DNA of 64,000 bases. Source: Salinispira sp. Lineage in GTDB: Bacteria > Spirochaetota > Spirochaetia > DSM-27196 > Salinispiraceae. Of this stretch, positions 1 through 9,767 are shown one piece after another. The number at the start of each line of letters is the position of its first letter. Within the stretch, counting starts at the first letter, position 1. The DNA lies in NCBI GenBank assembly GCA_965602015.1, contig OZ271918.1, forward strand, positions 2,336,001 through 2,400,000. Reading direction: 5' to 3'. Under the pieces are notes generated by a model, which was given only the letters and a program-made list of their open reading frames with translations, ran no database searches and had not been told where the DNA came from. Both the position numbers and the translations under genes were made by a program.

Positions 1-777
1 CGGGGAAGCTGGTATGTGACCGAACACCGGCTGCTAACCATGAAAAGCTACATGTACACCATACTCGCCTCAAGCGTGTTTAATCCCCTCATGTATCTGT
101 TCGCGCTGGGGCTGGGGATAGGCAGTTACATCGACGGCGAGTCAGGGGGAAACGTGCTGTACGGGGTGAGCTACCTGAGCTTCGTGGGGCCAGCCCTCCT
201 GGCGAGCGCCGCGGTAACCGGGGCGTTTGAGGAAACCACCTTCCCGGTAATGGCGGGTTTTCGCTGGACCAAAGAGTTTTACGCAATGCACGCCACACCG
301 CTTCAGCCCTATCAAATTGCAAACGGCGTGCTCATCGCCGCGAGTATCCGAATCGTGTTTACCGTCACCATGTTCTGGACCATGCTCCAGCTGTTCGGGG
401 CTCTGACTTCGCCCCGGGCGCTTTTGGCCATTCCCATCGCAGTGCTCACCGGTCTCGGCATCGGTTCTATTATGTCAGCCCTGGCGGCGAGCCTCACCGA
501 TGACGACGGCTGGTTCGTCATGATAAACCGCTTTGTCATCGCCCCTATGTTTCTCTTCTCGGGAACCTTTTATCCCCTGGACCAGATGCCCATATATCTT
601 CGCTGGATAGGGTGGATCAGTCCGCTGTGGCACGGCACCGATCTGGGCCGCTGGGCGGCCTTTGGTATGGAGATGTCGCCCCAGCGGCTGATTTGGCATG
701 TATCCTATCTGATCCTGCTGTTCGCCCTGGGGCTGGTGCTTATGTGGCGTCAATTTGAGAAGAGGCTGATCGAATGA
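1..777 (+). CDS. ABC-2 type transporter permease (NodJ/DrrB-like), 5' end probably cut by the window edge
   Basis: Frame is open from base 1 (RGSWYVTEHR...). About 6 hydrophobic segments, motifs SYLSFVGPALLA and PMFLFSGTFYP..QMP..LRWIGWISPLWHG typical of ABC-2 membrane proteins. Confidence 0.9.
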   Translation, partial: RGSWYVTEHRLLTMKSYMYTILASSVFNPLMYLFALGLGIGSYIDGESGGNVLYGVSYLSFVGPALLASAAVTGAFEETTFPVMAGFRWTKEFYAMHATPLQPYQIANGVLIAASIRIVFTVTMFWTMLQLFGALTSPRALLAIPIAVLTGLGIGSIMSALAASLTDDDGWFVMINRFVIAPMFLFSGTFYPLDQMPIYLRWIGWISPLWHGTDLGRWAAFGMEMSPQRLIWHVSYLILLFALGLVLMWRQFEKRLIE

Positions 778-1625
778 GTACAGAACAGCAAAACACAATA
801 CAGACCGGGAGAAAGAGAGCCATCCCGCGCCGGTATCAGGGTCCGCTCTCCCGGTATTTTTCCGGCAGACCTCACACCGTGGTACTCAGGTCTCTATTCG
901 CCCTGAAGACCTCGTCCTGGTACATCGTCATATCGGGATTTTTCGAACCGGTGTTCTACCTGCTTGCATTCGGGCTTGGGGTGGGTCAGCTCATCGGAGA
1001 CGTCGAGGGTCCCGCCGGCCAGGCAGTGAGTTACGCGTCGTTTATTGCCCCCGCCCTTCTTGCAACATCGGCGATGAACGGGGCGATTTACGATTCAACC
1101 TGGAATGTGTTTTTTAAGATGAAATTCGGCAAGCTCTACGAGGGCATGGTGGCTACCAGCCTCGGCACCCTGGACATAGCCCTGGGGGAGATCATCTACG
1201 CCCTGCTCAGGGGACTGGTTTATTCCATGGCGTTTATGGTGGTGATGTATGCTCTGGGCCTGGTGGTGGCCCCGTTTGGATTCCTGGCGATTCCAGCGGC
1301 CCTGCTCATCGCCTTCGGCTTCTCAGCCTGCGGGATGGCGGTCACCAGCTACATGAGCACATTCCAGCAGATGGACTGGATCAACTTCTTTCTTCTGCCG
1401 ATGTTCCTGTTTTCCGCAACCTTTTACCCCATCACCGTCTATCCGCCGCTGATACAGCTCCTTATCAAACTATTCCCGCTTTGGCACGGCGTGGAGCTCA
1501 TTCGCGGTCTGACCCTGGGTCCCGTCGGGCCGGAGATACTCGGCCATGCGGGATACTTCGGCGTCATGATCATTATCGGACTCACGGTGACGACCCGGCG
1601 GCTTACCCGGCTGTTCATGCGTTAA
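774..1625 (+). CDS. ABC-2 type transporter permease (second subunit)
   Basis: ATGA overlap with the upstream permease; paralogous motifs SYASFIAPALLA and PMFLFSATFYP..PLWHG. Confidence 0.9.
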   Translation: MSTEQQNTIQTGRKRAIPRRYQGPLSRYFSGRPHTVVLRSLFALKTSSWYIVISGFFEPVFYLLAFGLGVGQLIGDVEGPAGQAVSYASFIAPALLATSAMNGAIYDSTWNVFFKMKFGKLYEGMVATSLGTLDIALGEIIYALLRGLVYSMAFMVVMYALGLVVAPFGFLAIPAALLIAFGFSACGMAVTSYMSTFQQMDWINFFLLPMFLFSATFYPITVYPPLIQLLIKLFPLWHGVELIRGLTLGPVGPEILGHAGYFGVMIIIGLTVTTRRLTRLFMR

Positions 1626-1666
1626 TCAGATGGAGCCCGGTGGAACAGCTATTGCTCCCGGCATCC

Positions 1667-2854
1667 TTAGTCCCCGGCTTGAACTGTTTGATTCCGGGGA
1701 ATGAAGCCAAGGGCAAAACTTCCCAATGCCACAAGCGGCAGGATGGAAATATAAATCAGCAACTGATTGTATGAACCGGCGGCATCGTAGAGAACCCCGC
1801 CGAGTACCGGTCCGATAAGAGCAGCCAATCCGTAGGCGGTAAAAATCATCGGATAGACAGTGCTAATCGCCCCATCTCCGAAATGGTGCTCACAGAATGA
1901 ACCGTAGAGCACAAGCGACGCGCCGAACTGAAAACCCGTAAGAAAAACACCGGTAAAAAACAGCAGGGGAATTCCGTTGGAAAAGAGAATAAGGACAAAA
2001 CCCAGAAGCATGAGCACCAGGCTAACGGGAATGGCGCGGATGCCTATCCTGTCCATCATGCTACCCCAAATAAGACGGCCGCTTGAGTTTCCCAGTGCGA
2101 GAACACTGATGCCAATGGCGGAAACCGCTGCAAAACCCAATTCGTTGCCCAGGCTGACCACGCTTCCAATAATAATCAGCCCCCCGAGGGTAGCGGTAAA
2201 CATCGTCGCATAAAGACTCCAGAAAGAACCGTCGCGCATGAGTTGACCCACCGGGATTGGCGCGGGGCGGGTGCCGGTTTGGATTTGCAGTTTCATAGCC
2301 TGGGGATATTCCTGTACAGATGAGGCCAGAAGAAGCACCGCCGCTCCGATTCCTGCAAACAGGGGGAACATATCAAGAACCGAGACGCCGGAAGCATCCA
2401 GACTCCTGACCAGCCAGGATGCGAGAATGGCCCCGCCGCCGAAGCCCATAACAGCCAGACCGGTAACCGTTCCCTTGATATTCGGAAAATGTGCGGTAGC
2501 GGTAGAAAGCGGGACAACATAGCCCGCCGCGATTCCAAGTCCCAGGAGCAGGCCCAGGCTGACAAGAAGGATTGGATACGAGCCTCCGCTGATGCCCGCA
2601 ATTAGGTAGGATGACCCGAACAGCAGCGCAGAAATAGCCGTTGAAATCCTGGGGCCGATACGCCTGAGCATTCGACCGAAAAAGATGGTTCCCGCTGCGA
2701 ATACCCCAATGGCCGTCCCGTAAATGCTCTGGGCCTGGGCTGCGCTGAGTCCGACTGAGTCGCTTAATAATTCGGCTATGGCAGACCAGGCATAAATTGA
2801 ACCCAAAATCAACTGAATGGCCACTCCGGAAATCAGAACCAGATACTTCTTCAC
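1667..2854 (-). CDS. MFS transporter, oxalate/formate antiporter (OFA) family
   Basis: 395 aa, about 12 TM; OFA-type motifs LGSIYAWS, HFP..KG..TGLAVMGFGGG, N..GRL.WG...DRIG. Confidence 0.85.
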   Translation of the reverse strand: MKKYLVLISGVAIQLILGSIYAWSAIAELLSDSVGLSAAQAQSIYGTAIGVFAAGTIFFGRMLRRIGPRISTAISALLFGSSYLIAGISGGSYPILLVSLGLLLGLGIAAGYVVPLSTATAHFPNIKGTVTGLAVMGFGGGAILASWLVRSLDASGVSVLDMFPLFAGIGAAVLLLASSVQEYPQAMKLQIQTGTRPAPIPVGQLMRDGSFWSLYATMFTATLGGLIIIGSVVSLGNELGFAAVSAIGISVLALGNSSGRLIWGSMMDRIGIRAIPVSLVLMLLGFVLILFSNGIPLLFFTGVFLTGFQFGASLVLYGSFCEHHFGDGAISTVYPMIFTAYGLAALIGPVLGGVLYDAAGSYNQLLIYISILPLVALGSFALGFIPRNQTVQAGD

Positions 2855-3168
2855 TATACCCCTCCCTTTCGGGGAAAATAGCTTCCGATAAAATCCAGAA
2901 GCTCTCCTACTGTTTTATGCGACTCCGCCTGATGCCTGAGCCTGACGTCCCTGTTGACCGTATAATGATTTCTGCGGCCCCGGCGGCTGATCTCAATCAC
3001 CTTAATATCCACCAGTTCCCGGACTATCCGTTGCACCGCCCGCTCGGTGATTCCCACCTCTTCCGCGACTTCCCGCATTGAAATATTTGAGTCATGAGCG
3101 AGATAGAACAGGACATGCGAGTGGTTGGTAAAGAACGTCCATGAATGATGATTCGCGAATTTATTCAC
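2854..3168 (-). CDS. Small winged helix-turn-helix transcriptional regulator (MarR/ArsR-like, WTFxTNH type)
   Basis: 104 aa; HTH MREVAEEVGITERAVQRIVREL followed by wing RRGRRNHY; coupled to the MFS gene. Confidence 0.85.
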   Translation of the reverse strand: MNKFANHHSWTFFTNHSHVLFYLAHDSNISMREVAEEVGITERAVQRIVRELVDIKVIEISRRGRRNHYTVNRDVRLRHQAESHKTVGELLDFIGSYFPRKGGV

Positions 3169-3212
3169 GCGAATTGTATATCACGAATTTTTTTTCGTGT
3201 ATAGCAATTCGC
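3169..3212. promoter_or_regulatory. Long imperfect inverted repeat abutting the regulator start codon; probable operator
   Basis: GCGAATTG-TATA-T-CACGAA / T-run / TTCGTG-TATA-G-CAATTCGC directly upstream of the GTG at 3168. Confidence 0.6.
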
Positions 3213-3265
3213 CATTAGGTTTTCCCGATTTTCTTTTCGTCCTTTTTTGTCATGGCTTGAGTTTC

Positions 3266-3294
3266 TTGCCACGGGCACACAGGGGCGCTATATT
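3266..3294 (+). promoter_or_regulatory. Sigma70-type promoter of trxA (probably leaderless)
   Basis: TTGCCA-N17-TATATT, ending 6 nt before ATG 3301; no Shine-Dalgarno. Confidence 0.6.
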
Positions 3295-3300
3295 TTCTGT

Positions 3301-3618
3301 ATGCAAAAGGCCCTCCCAAAATCGTTTTTTGATCTCATCAGTGCGTCGGATAAGCCGGTACTGGTAGATTTTTATGCGGACTGGTGCGGTCCATGCAAAA
3401 TGGTTTCCCCGGTAATCAAGCGCCTGGCCGGCGAGTTTAAGGGGCGGATTTTAACTATCAAAGTCGATGTGGACAAAAAGCCCGAAGTAGCCAATCGGTA
3501 CCAGATCACCAGTATTCCCACCATCATGCTCTTCAAGGACGGAAGGCCGTCCATGCGGATTCAAGGCGCCCAACCCTATTCCGCCATCAAGAATCAGTTG
3601 CAAAAGGCCTTGATGTAA
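3301..3618 (+). CDS. trxA: Thioredoxin
   Basis: VLVDFYADWCGPCK active site and SIPT cis-Pro motif; 105 aa from ATG 3301. Confidence 0.95.
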   Translation: MQKALPKSFFDLISASDKPVLVDFYADWCGPCKMVSPVIKRLAGEFKGRILTIKVDVDKKPEVANRYQITSIPTIMLFKDGRPSMRIQGAQPYSAIKNQLQKALM

Positions 3619-3693
3619 AATAATCCTGCGATTCTTTCGTACGCCCACCAAACATCATCTTCCATGCTACAATGCCAAAAAAGGGGAGATGCA

Positions 3694-4410
3694 ATGGACG
3701 TAACTAACCTCAAATCTAATTGGGAACTGGAAGTAGAATCCGATCAGAGCATGGGCAAGGATATGCCGTCGTTTCAGAAGGAACCGCGGGAATCCGCATC
3801 GCTCATAGACCTTCCGGAGCCTGACTGGAGTCAGTTTCGCGGAACAGATCTTGTCGATGCCCTCCTGGCAAGGAGAAGCGAGCGCAAATTCACCGATTCT
3901 CCGCTGAGCATTAATGAAATGAGCTGGCTGCTCTTCGCGACCCAGGGTGTGCAAAAGGAGCTAAAACGGGGAAGCTTTCGAACAAGTCCGTCAGCCGGCG
4001 CCCGCCACCCCTTCGAAACCTACATTGCAGTACTGAACATCAGCGGCCTGGAAAATGGCCTCTATCGTTATCTCCCGTACGGTCACAAGTTGGAGCTTAT
4101 CAGTCAGAGAGAGGATTTGCGGTCGGCGGCGGAATCGGCGCTGAATGGCCAGGGTTGGAACGCGCCGCTTATTATGTATTGGACTGCAGTTGCATACCGC
4201 ACTCACTGGCGTTACCCCGGCCGAATGCCCAAGCTTATTGCGCTTGATGCGGGTCATCTGTGCCAAAATCTCTACCTTGCCTGCGGCGCCATCGGTTGTG
4301 GAACCTGCGCCATAGGCGCATATGACCAAGCTCTGGGAGATGCCCTCCTGGGAGTGGATGGAAAAACAGAACTGCTGGTATATGCGGCACCAGTGGGCAA
4401 AATTCGATAG
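3694..4410 (+). CDS. SagB/ThcOx-like nitroreductase-family dehydrogenase
   Basis: RRSERKF, RTSPSAGARHP.E.Y and LDAGHLCQNLYL motifs; SD GGGGAG before ATG 3694. Confidence 0.88.
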   Translation: MDVTNLKSNWELEVESDQSMGKDMPSFQKEPRESASLIDLPEPDWSQFRGTDLVDALLARRSERKFTDSPLSINEMSWLLFATQGVQKELKRGSFRTSPSAGARHPFETYIAVLNISGLENGLYRYLPYGHKLELISQREDLRSAAESALNGQGWNAPLIMYWTAVAYRTHWRYPGRMPKLIALDAGHLCQNLYLACGAIGCGTCAIGAYDQALGDALLGVDGKTELLVYAAPVGKIR

Positions 4411-4415
4411 CATCC

Positions 4416-4769
4416 ATGCGCGGAGGAATCGTTTTTTTCAGAACCCGGCAGTTAGATGTAATTTCCCGTTTTTATCGGGAAGAAATCGGCTGCGAACTTT
4501 GGCTCGATCAGGGCGGATGCCATATTTTTAAATTCGGTAATATGCTTTTTGGCCTCTGCCAACGCAAGGAAACGGATAACCAGGGAATAGTAACCTTTGT
4601 TTTCCCCAACAAAAAATCCGTCGATTCAATGTACTCCCGGCTCTCACAAATCGCAGACGAGGCTCCGAGAGACAATGCTGACTATCGAATCTACCACTTT
4701 TTTGCCCGGGATCCCGACGGGCGGGCAATCGAGTTTCAATACTTCTGGGATGAAATGCCGGGCGTTTAA
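4416..4769 (+). CDS. VOC / glyoxalase family protein
   Basis: 117 aa; FY...IG at the N-terminus and FFARDPDGRAIEFQ at the C-terminus. Confidence 0.85.
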   Translation: MRGGIVFFRTRQLDVISRFYREEIGCELWLDQGGCHIFKFGNMLFGLCQRKETDNQGIVTFVFPNKKSVDSMYSRLSQIADEAPRDNADYRIYHFFARDPDGRAIEFQYFWDEMPGV

Positions 4770-4834
4770 TCGCCTCGTGGTTATTTCGCCATTCGGCGAC
4801 CGCATTCCGACTGGCAACCCGTATTTCCGCTTAA

Positions 4835-6295
4835 TCAAGGAGTCCGGGGCAGATCTATGACGCGGTGAAGATTGCGGGCATATCCCCGGGCGATGCTCAC
4901 AACAGCAAGGTAATTGATGAACAGCACATCGTCGATTTGCTGTTCCGCCACATATTGAATCAGGTTCCGGTCAAAATACCGCGGATCGATAATGTGTACC
5001 TCTTCAAAATGCGGCATGAGGAATGGAATAAATGCATTCCCATAGCTGTCCTTCACAACCGCAATCCGCCGGCCCCCGCCTACCGTGTTTTTTATGACGG
5101 CCAGGGGACGGTCGCTGCTAATAAATATTTCATACTTGTTGGGGCGGTCAGCGTAGAAATCATCGAGGATAGGTTTGTCCACCATCTCGCCGTATCGTTG
5201 CACCTGATACCTGTGCTCGACGAAGGGCACAAACAGCTCAACCACGTCAGGTTCCCGGGCCAGAGCCCGGTTGCCGGTGAGAAGGTACATTGAACCGAGA
5301 AAACCCGGAACCTCCCTCACAGAATACCGCGACAGGGGAACCGGTATGAATCGGGCTTTTATGGCAAACTCCCTATACGCCAGGTAAGCCCCGCGGGCAG
5401 TCCAGTGATGATCGGTGCGAAAATAGATTCCCTCGGCATTCCGGTTCGTCAGTGCAGGGAAAACATCGACGCTCTTGACCTGTCCTCCAACCCGGTTATG
5501 AATAAAATCGATGGCCGCCCGCTGATCAGCTCCGAGGGGGCCGCCATACAATTCCGGGTCGATCTGCTGGAGATGAGAGGGGGCGACAATCAGGTAACTG
5601 TCCACATCGTCACCAGTCAAAGCTGCAAACCGCGCGACGGCGTCAGCGTAGTATGCTGCCGACCCCTCGGAATATTTCACCACCTCAAAACCCCGATTCC
5701 CCAAAATGAGAATCGCATTCTCCGTTCGCACCTGTTCTCCGGGTTGTTCGGGCCGATGAACTTTGGGGCCGGGAATGAAGAGCGCCTTTAAGCCGTCGCC
5801 AGGAAGGAGAAATCCCGCCCTTCCGCGTATGCCCTGGGCTCCCAGGGACAGCATCCTTCCGTTCAGCGGCAGATTCTTTTGGTCGCCGGCCGCTAAACCT
5901 GAATCGGGGGGCGTGCCCGGATCGCCTAAAATAGATGCTTGCTCCGACAACACATTGTCCGCCTCGAACAGATTTCCCGACCGTACCCTTACCAGTCGCG
6001 GCCCGGTCTGAAACCCCCGCATCTCTTGGATTATGCGGTTGACTTGAAGGAAATGCCCGCGAAAAACAAAGCGGTCGGTCACCCAGGAGTCGAAGTCCTC
6101 CGCGAATTTTCCGGACATCATGCCCGGTTCATTGAAGCGGGGAAGCTCGGCGAGACGACGGTTTTCGTCGGCAGACAGGTCTTCCCGGTTATGCCATCTG
6201 AGATTAAGCGCGGATAGAGCGATAAAGAACAGGATCATGCCCAGGCTGTGAAATACCGCGCCGATTCTTTTGCGTCGTACTCGTTTCTCTCTCAT
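4835..6295 (-). CDS. DHHW-family (AlgJ/AlgX-like SGNH) O-acetyltransferase partner
   Basis: N-terminal TM then ENRRLA, YFRTDHHWT, KDSYGN and IIDPRY motifs; directly downstream of the MBOAT gene. Confidence 0.85.
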   Translation of the reverse strand: MREKRVRRKRIGAVFHSLGMILFFIALSALNLRWHNREDLSADENRRLAELPRFNEPGMMSGKFAEDFDSWVTDRFVFRGHFLQVNRIIQEMRGFQTGPRLVRVRSGNLFEADNVLSEQASILGDPGTPPDSGLAAGDQKNLPLNGRMLSLGAQGIRGRAGFLLPGDGLKALFIPGPKVHRPEQPGEQVRTENAILILGNRGFEVVKYSEGSAAYYADAVARFAALTGDDVDSYLIVAPSHLQQIDPELYGGPLGADQRAAIDFIHNRVGGQVKSVDVFPALTNRNAEGIYFRTDHHWTARGAYLAYREFAIKARFIPVPLSRYSVREVPGFLGSMYLLTGNRALAREPDVVELFVPFVEHRYQVQRYGEMVDKPILDDFYADRPNKYEIFISSDRPLAVIKNTVGGGRRIAVVKDSYGNAFIPFLMPHFEEVHIIDPRYFDRNLIQYVAEQQIDDVLFINYLAVVSIARGYARNLHRVIDLPRTP

Positions 6296-6296
6296 A

Positions 6297-7739
6297 TCAA
6301 AACCTGAAATAGAGAAAGGGATTGTAACTCGACCCCAACAGCAATGCGGTGCATGTGAGTATCAACACCACATCTCCTGCTCTGGCAAAACCCCTGAGCA
6401 GTGGGAGCAGCGCCGGGGTTCGAACCATCCCCTTCCAGAAAACCGGAAACAGGGGCATGCTGGCCAGAACTGCCAGGATAAGCAGGTTTACATTTCCCCG
6501 CAAAGATAATACTAACTCGGCGGAAACCAGGGGATTGCCCGAACCGCCGAACATGATTCCAAGGGCAAGAGCTAAGCGACCCATGTCGGTGAAATAAAAG
6601 AGGGTCCACCCAATCAAGGTGACGACGATGAGATATACGTGTCCGCTGATTGCTGAGATGACTCCCCAGCCTGGAAACCCGCCTTCGATGCCAATGCCCG
6701 AACGGCGAATGAGAGCCGCTCCACCCCGTTCAATAGCTATAAGAAGCCCGTAGTACAGCCCCCATAACACAAAATTCCAGCTGGCCCCATGCCACAGCCC
6801 GGTAAAAAACCACACCGTCATGAGATTTCTCAGATACCTATGCCGGTTCCCTCCCATCGGGATGTACAGATAATCCTTGAAAAAGCTCCCCAAAGATATA
6901 TGCCAGCGGCGCCAGAAATCAGTAGCGCTGCGGGAGACATAGGGGTAACGGAAATTCTCCCGGTAGTGAAAGCCAAACATGCGCCCCAGGCCGATGGCCA
7001 TATCCGAATATCCCGAAAAATCAAAATAAATCTGGAAGGCAAACATCAGCATTCCCCACCAGATTCCCAGGACCGGCAACTCGCTCAGATTGGCATCAAG
7101 GAAGGCGGATGCCACGTCTCCGGCGGCGTTGGCGATCATCACCTTTTTTGCCAGACCGATGGCAAAACGGCTCATCCCGGAACTGAAGCTTCGAAAAGAT
7201 ATGCTGCGCTTCTCAATTTCCATTGCTATATCGCGGTAGCGGACTATGGGGCCCGCGACCAGCTGATGAAATAGCGAGACGAAAAGAAGAAATTTCCAGA
7301 AGGACCGCTGAGCCTTAACCTTTCCGCGGTACACATCGACGGTATAGCTGATAGTTTGGAAGGTGTAGAAGCTGATGCCTATTGGAAGGGAAAACCCCGG
7401 CCATCCTGCGGACAGCCCCGTAAGAGCATTAAAGCTGTTCACGAGCATTCCCGAATATTTAAAGACCCCGAGCAGCCCCAAATTTACTGCGAGGGAGCTG
7501 ACCACCATGGCCTTGGCGACCCAGCTTCCCCGGCGCATTTCAATCACCCTGCCGTGGATGTAATCAGCTATGGACGAAACCAGCAAGAGCACGGTCCACA
7601 ACGGCTCGCCCCATGCGTAAAAAAACAGACTTGAAAAAATCAGAACGGTATTTTTCCACCGCATCGATGGTATGGCGTAATACAGGATTATCGTCGCCGG
7701 GAGAAAAAAATACAGAAATGTGAGGCTGGAAAAAACCAT
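6297..7739 (-). CDS. algI: MBOAT family O-acyltransferase (AlgI/DltB/PatA-like)
   Basis: MVFSSLTFL start, LPIGISFYTFQ, AGPIVRY, QIYFDFSGYSDMAIGLG, FWRRWHISL, GLWHGA, YNPFLYFRF end. Confidence 0.92.
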   Translation of the reverse strand: MVFSSLTFLYFFLPATIILYYAIPSMRWKNTVLIFSSLFFYAWGEPLWTVLLLVSSIADYIHGRVIEMRRGSWVAKAMVVSSLAVNLGLLGVFKYSGMLVNSFNALTGLSAGWPGFSLPIGISFYTFQTISYTVDVYRGKVKAQRSFWKFLLFVSLFHQLVAGPIVRYRDIAMEIEKRSISFRSFSSGMSRFAIGLAKKVMIANAAGDVASAFLDANLSELPVLGIWWGMLMFAFQIYFDFSGYSDMAIGLGRMFGFHYRENFRYPYVSRSATDFWRRWHISLGSFFKDYLYIPMGGNRHRYLRNLMTVWFFTGLWHGASWNFVLWGLYYGLLIAIERGGAALIRRSGIGIEGGFPGWGVISAISGHVYLIVVTLIGWTLFYFTDMGRLALALGIMFGGSGNPLVSAELVLSLRGNVNLLILAVLASMPLFPVFWKGMVRTPALLPLLRGFARAGDVVLILTCTALLLGSSYNPFLYFRF

Positions 7740-7918
7740 AGACCATCCCGAAACGGTACGACTCGACGCTAACTCTCCGTCGATGTGCGCGGAATTGTAA
7801 ACTAAAACCGATTCTCGGACAATCAGATCCGGTCTTCAGGCATCAGCGGAATTCCGGACCTTGTAGTATTAGCGGCGAAAAACCCTTGCACAGAATCAAA
7901 GTACGGAATACCATTTTC

Positions 7919-7946
7919 CTAACCACCCGCTAACGCGTTTTTAACA
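7919..7946 (+). promoter_or_regulatory. Candidate Pho box (three 11-bp-phased YTAACN repeats) upstream of phnD
   Basis: CTAACC(7919)-N5-CTAACG(7930)-N5-TTAACA(7941); same pattern upstream of phoU. A TTGCAC-N17-TACCAT promoter-like pair lies at 7886-7914. Confidence 0.65.
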
Positions 7947-8002
7947 ATCGTCGGGGATTATGGTATTTCGTTTGGATGATCATGTTTAAGGAGGAACAAA
8001 AC

Positions 8003-8899
8003 ATGAAAAAAGGATTTATCGCAGCAATGATTCTGCTCGCGGCCGTTTCTGTCCTGGGTACAAGTTGTGCCAGGGAAGCTGAGCTCGGCACCGAGGACAA
8101 CCCCATTGTCTGGTCTTTCGTTCCCTCGGGCGAACTCCAGGAAGTAGCCGCCGGCGCCGATCAGATCGCCCGCCTCATCTTCGAAGAAACCGGTCTGTTC
8201 ATCACCACTAATGTGGCCACGGAATACGCCGGAGTAATCGAAGCCATGTCTGCCGATCCCCCGAGCGCGCACATGTCAGCACTGGCAACATTTGCATACA
8301 TTCAGGCCTCTGACCTGGGCGTTGCCGAAGCGGCCCTGGTTTCCGTTCGATTCGGTTCTCCCACCTACGCGGGTCAGATCATCGCCCGGGCCGATTCAGG
8401 AATCACCAGCATCGCAGACCTGGCCGGTAAGACCTTCGCCCGCCCCGACCCCCTGTCAACCTCCGGCTGGATCATTCCCATGCTGACACTTCAGGCCGAG
8501 GGAATCGACCCGATGAACGACATTGAAGTATTGGATGCCGGAAGCCATGACAGCGTCGTAACCGCAGTGTATAACGGCGACGTCGATGCAGGCGCCACCT
8601 ATGACGATGCCCGGGGAACCATCGCCGACGAGTATCCCGATGTCCGGGATCAGGTCGTGGTTATCGCCACATCCGCGCCTATTCCCAACGACGGGGTTCA
8701 GTTTTCCCCTGCTGTTCCTGCGGAAATGCGCGAGACAATTGTCGACGCCCTGCTGAAAATCAGCGAGACCGAAGAGGGCCAGGAAGCCCTAGATATCGCA
8801 TATAACTGGAGCGAGCTCATCCGTCGGGATGACAGCTTCTACGATCCCTTCCGCCAGACCCTTCAGCGGGCAGGGGTAAGCGTCAACGACATACAGTAA
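8003..8899 (+). CDS. phnD: Phosphate/phosphite/phosphonate ABC transporter substrate-binding lipoprotein
   Basis: SD AAGGAGG; lipobox LGTS-C; DPLSTSGWIIP and GSHD motifs; IPND. Confidence 0.9.
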   Translation: MKKGFIAAMILLAAVSVLGTSCAREAELGTEDNPIVWSFVPSGELQEVAAGADQIARLIFEETGLFITTNVATEYAGVIEAMSADPPSAHMSALATFAYIQASDLGVAEAALVSVRFGSPTYAGQIIARADSGITSIADLAGKTFARPDPLSTSGWIIPMLTLQAEGIDPMNDIEVLDAGSHDSVVTAVYNGDVDAGATYDDARGTIADEYPDVRDQVVVIATSAPIPNDGVQFSPAVPAEMRETIVDALLKISETEEGQEALDIAYNWSELIRRDDSFYDPFRQTLQRAGVSVNDIQ

Positions 8900-8916
8900 G
8901 AGCAGCACAACTTTTC

Positions 8917-8945
8917 AGCGGTCCGCTTATGCGGACCGCTTTTTT
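8917..8945 (+). terminator. Intra-operon hairpin / intrinsic terminator after phnD
   Basis: AGCGGTCCGC-TTAT-GCGGACCGCT followed by TTTTT. Confidence 0.8.
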
Positions 8946-8987
8946 CATGTATACTGAGCATCTCATAAATCAAAAAAGGCGGGTTAT

Positions 8988-9767
8988 ATGCTGGAAATCA
9001 AGCATCTTTCTAAAACCTACGACGACGGAACAGAGGCGTTGAAGGACGTCAGTTTCACCGTTGAACGGGGTGAATTCCTGGTGGTCATCGGACTCTCGGG
9101 TTCGGGAAAATCCACCCTGCTTCGCTGCATAAACAGGTTGGTCGACCCAAGCGCGGGTCAGATCCTGCTGGAAGGACAAGACGTGGCGGTTGCGGAGGGC
9201 GTTGAGCTCCGGAAATTCCGACGGCGCATGGGAATGATTTTCCAGCACTTCAACCTGGTTAAGCGCTCTTCGGTTTTGACCAATGTATTGTCCGGAAGGC
9301 TGGGATACACCGCTCCCTGGAAAAGCCTCACCGGCCGTTTTTCCTCGACAGACCGCAAAAATGCCCTCTCCGCCCTCAAGCGCGTGGGCCTGGAAGTACA
9401 GACCCATAAACGGGCGGACGAGCTATCCGGCGGCCAGCAGCAGAGGGTCGGCATTGCCCGGGCTCTTATGCAGGATCCAGATTTGATTCTGGCCGACGAA
9501 CCGGTTGCGAGCCTTGACCCGGTCCTGGCCCATTCTATCATGGGATACCTTGAAACCCTTAACCGCCAGGAGGGAATGACGGTAATCTGTTCGCTCCACT
9601 ATCTGGATCTGGTGCAGCGCTATGCCACCAGGGTAATCGGTTTACGCGACGGCCGACTGGTCTACAATGGAACCGGGGCGGACATTCGGAAAATCACCGA
9701 CGAAGAGTTCAAGGAAATATACGGCGAGGAAGCCCAGCGGGTAGGCGCCGCCGGAGGTGTGGAATGA
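8988..9767 (+). CDS. phnC: Phosphonate ABC transporter ATP-binding protein
   Basis: Walker [30 protein letters not shown], PhnC-like [11 protein letters not shown]. Confidence 0.93.
   Translation: MLEIKHLSKTYDDGTEALKDVSFTVERGEFLVVIGLSGSGKSTLLRCINRLVDPSAGQILLEGQDVAVAEGVELRKFRRRMGMIFQHFNLVKRSSVLTNVLSGRLGYTAPWKSLTGRFSSTDRKNALSALKRVGLEVQTHKRADELSGGQQQRVGIARALMQDPDLILADEPVASLDPVLAHSIMGYLETLNRQEGMTVICSLHYLDLVQRYATRVIGLRDGRLVYNGTGADIRKITDEEFKEIYGEEAQRVGAAGGVE

Noticed and set aside
3694..4410. SagB-like gene as part of a RiPP (azole) cluster
   Set aside because: No YcaO, precursor peptide or transporter is adjacent; stand-alone nitroreductase-fold genes are common.
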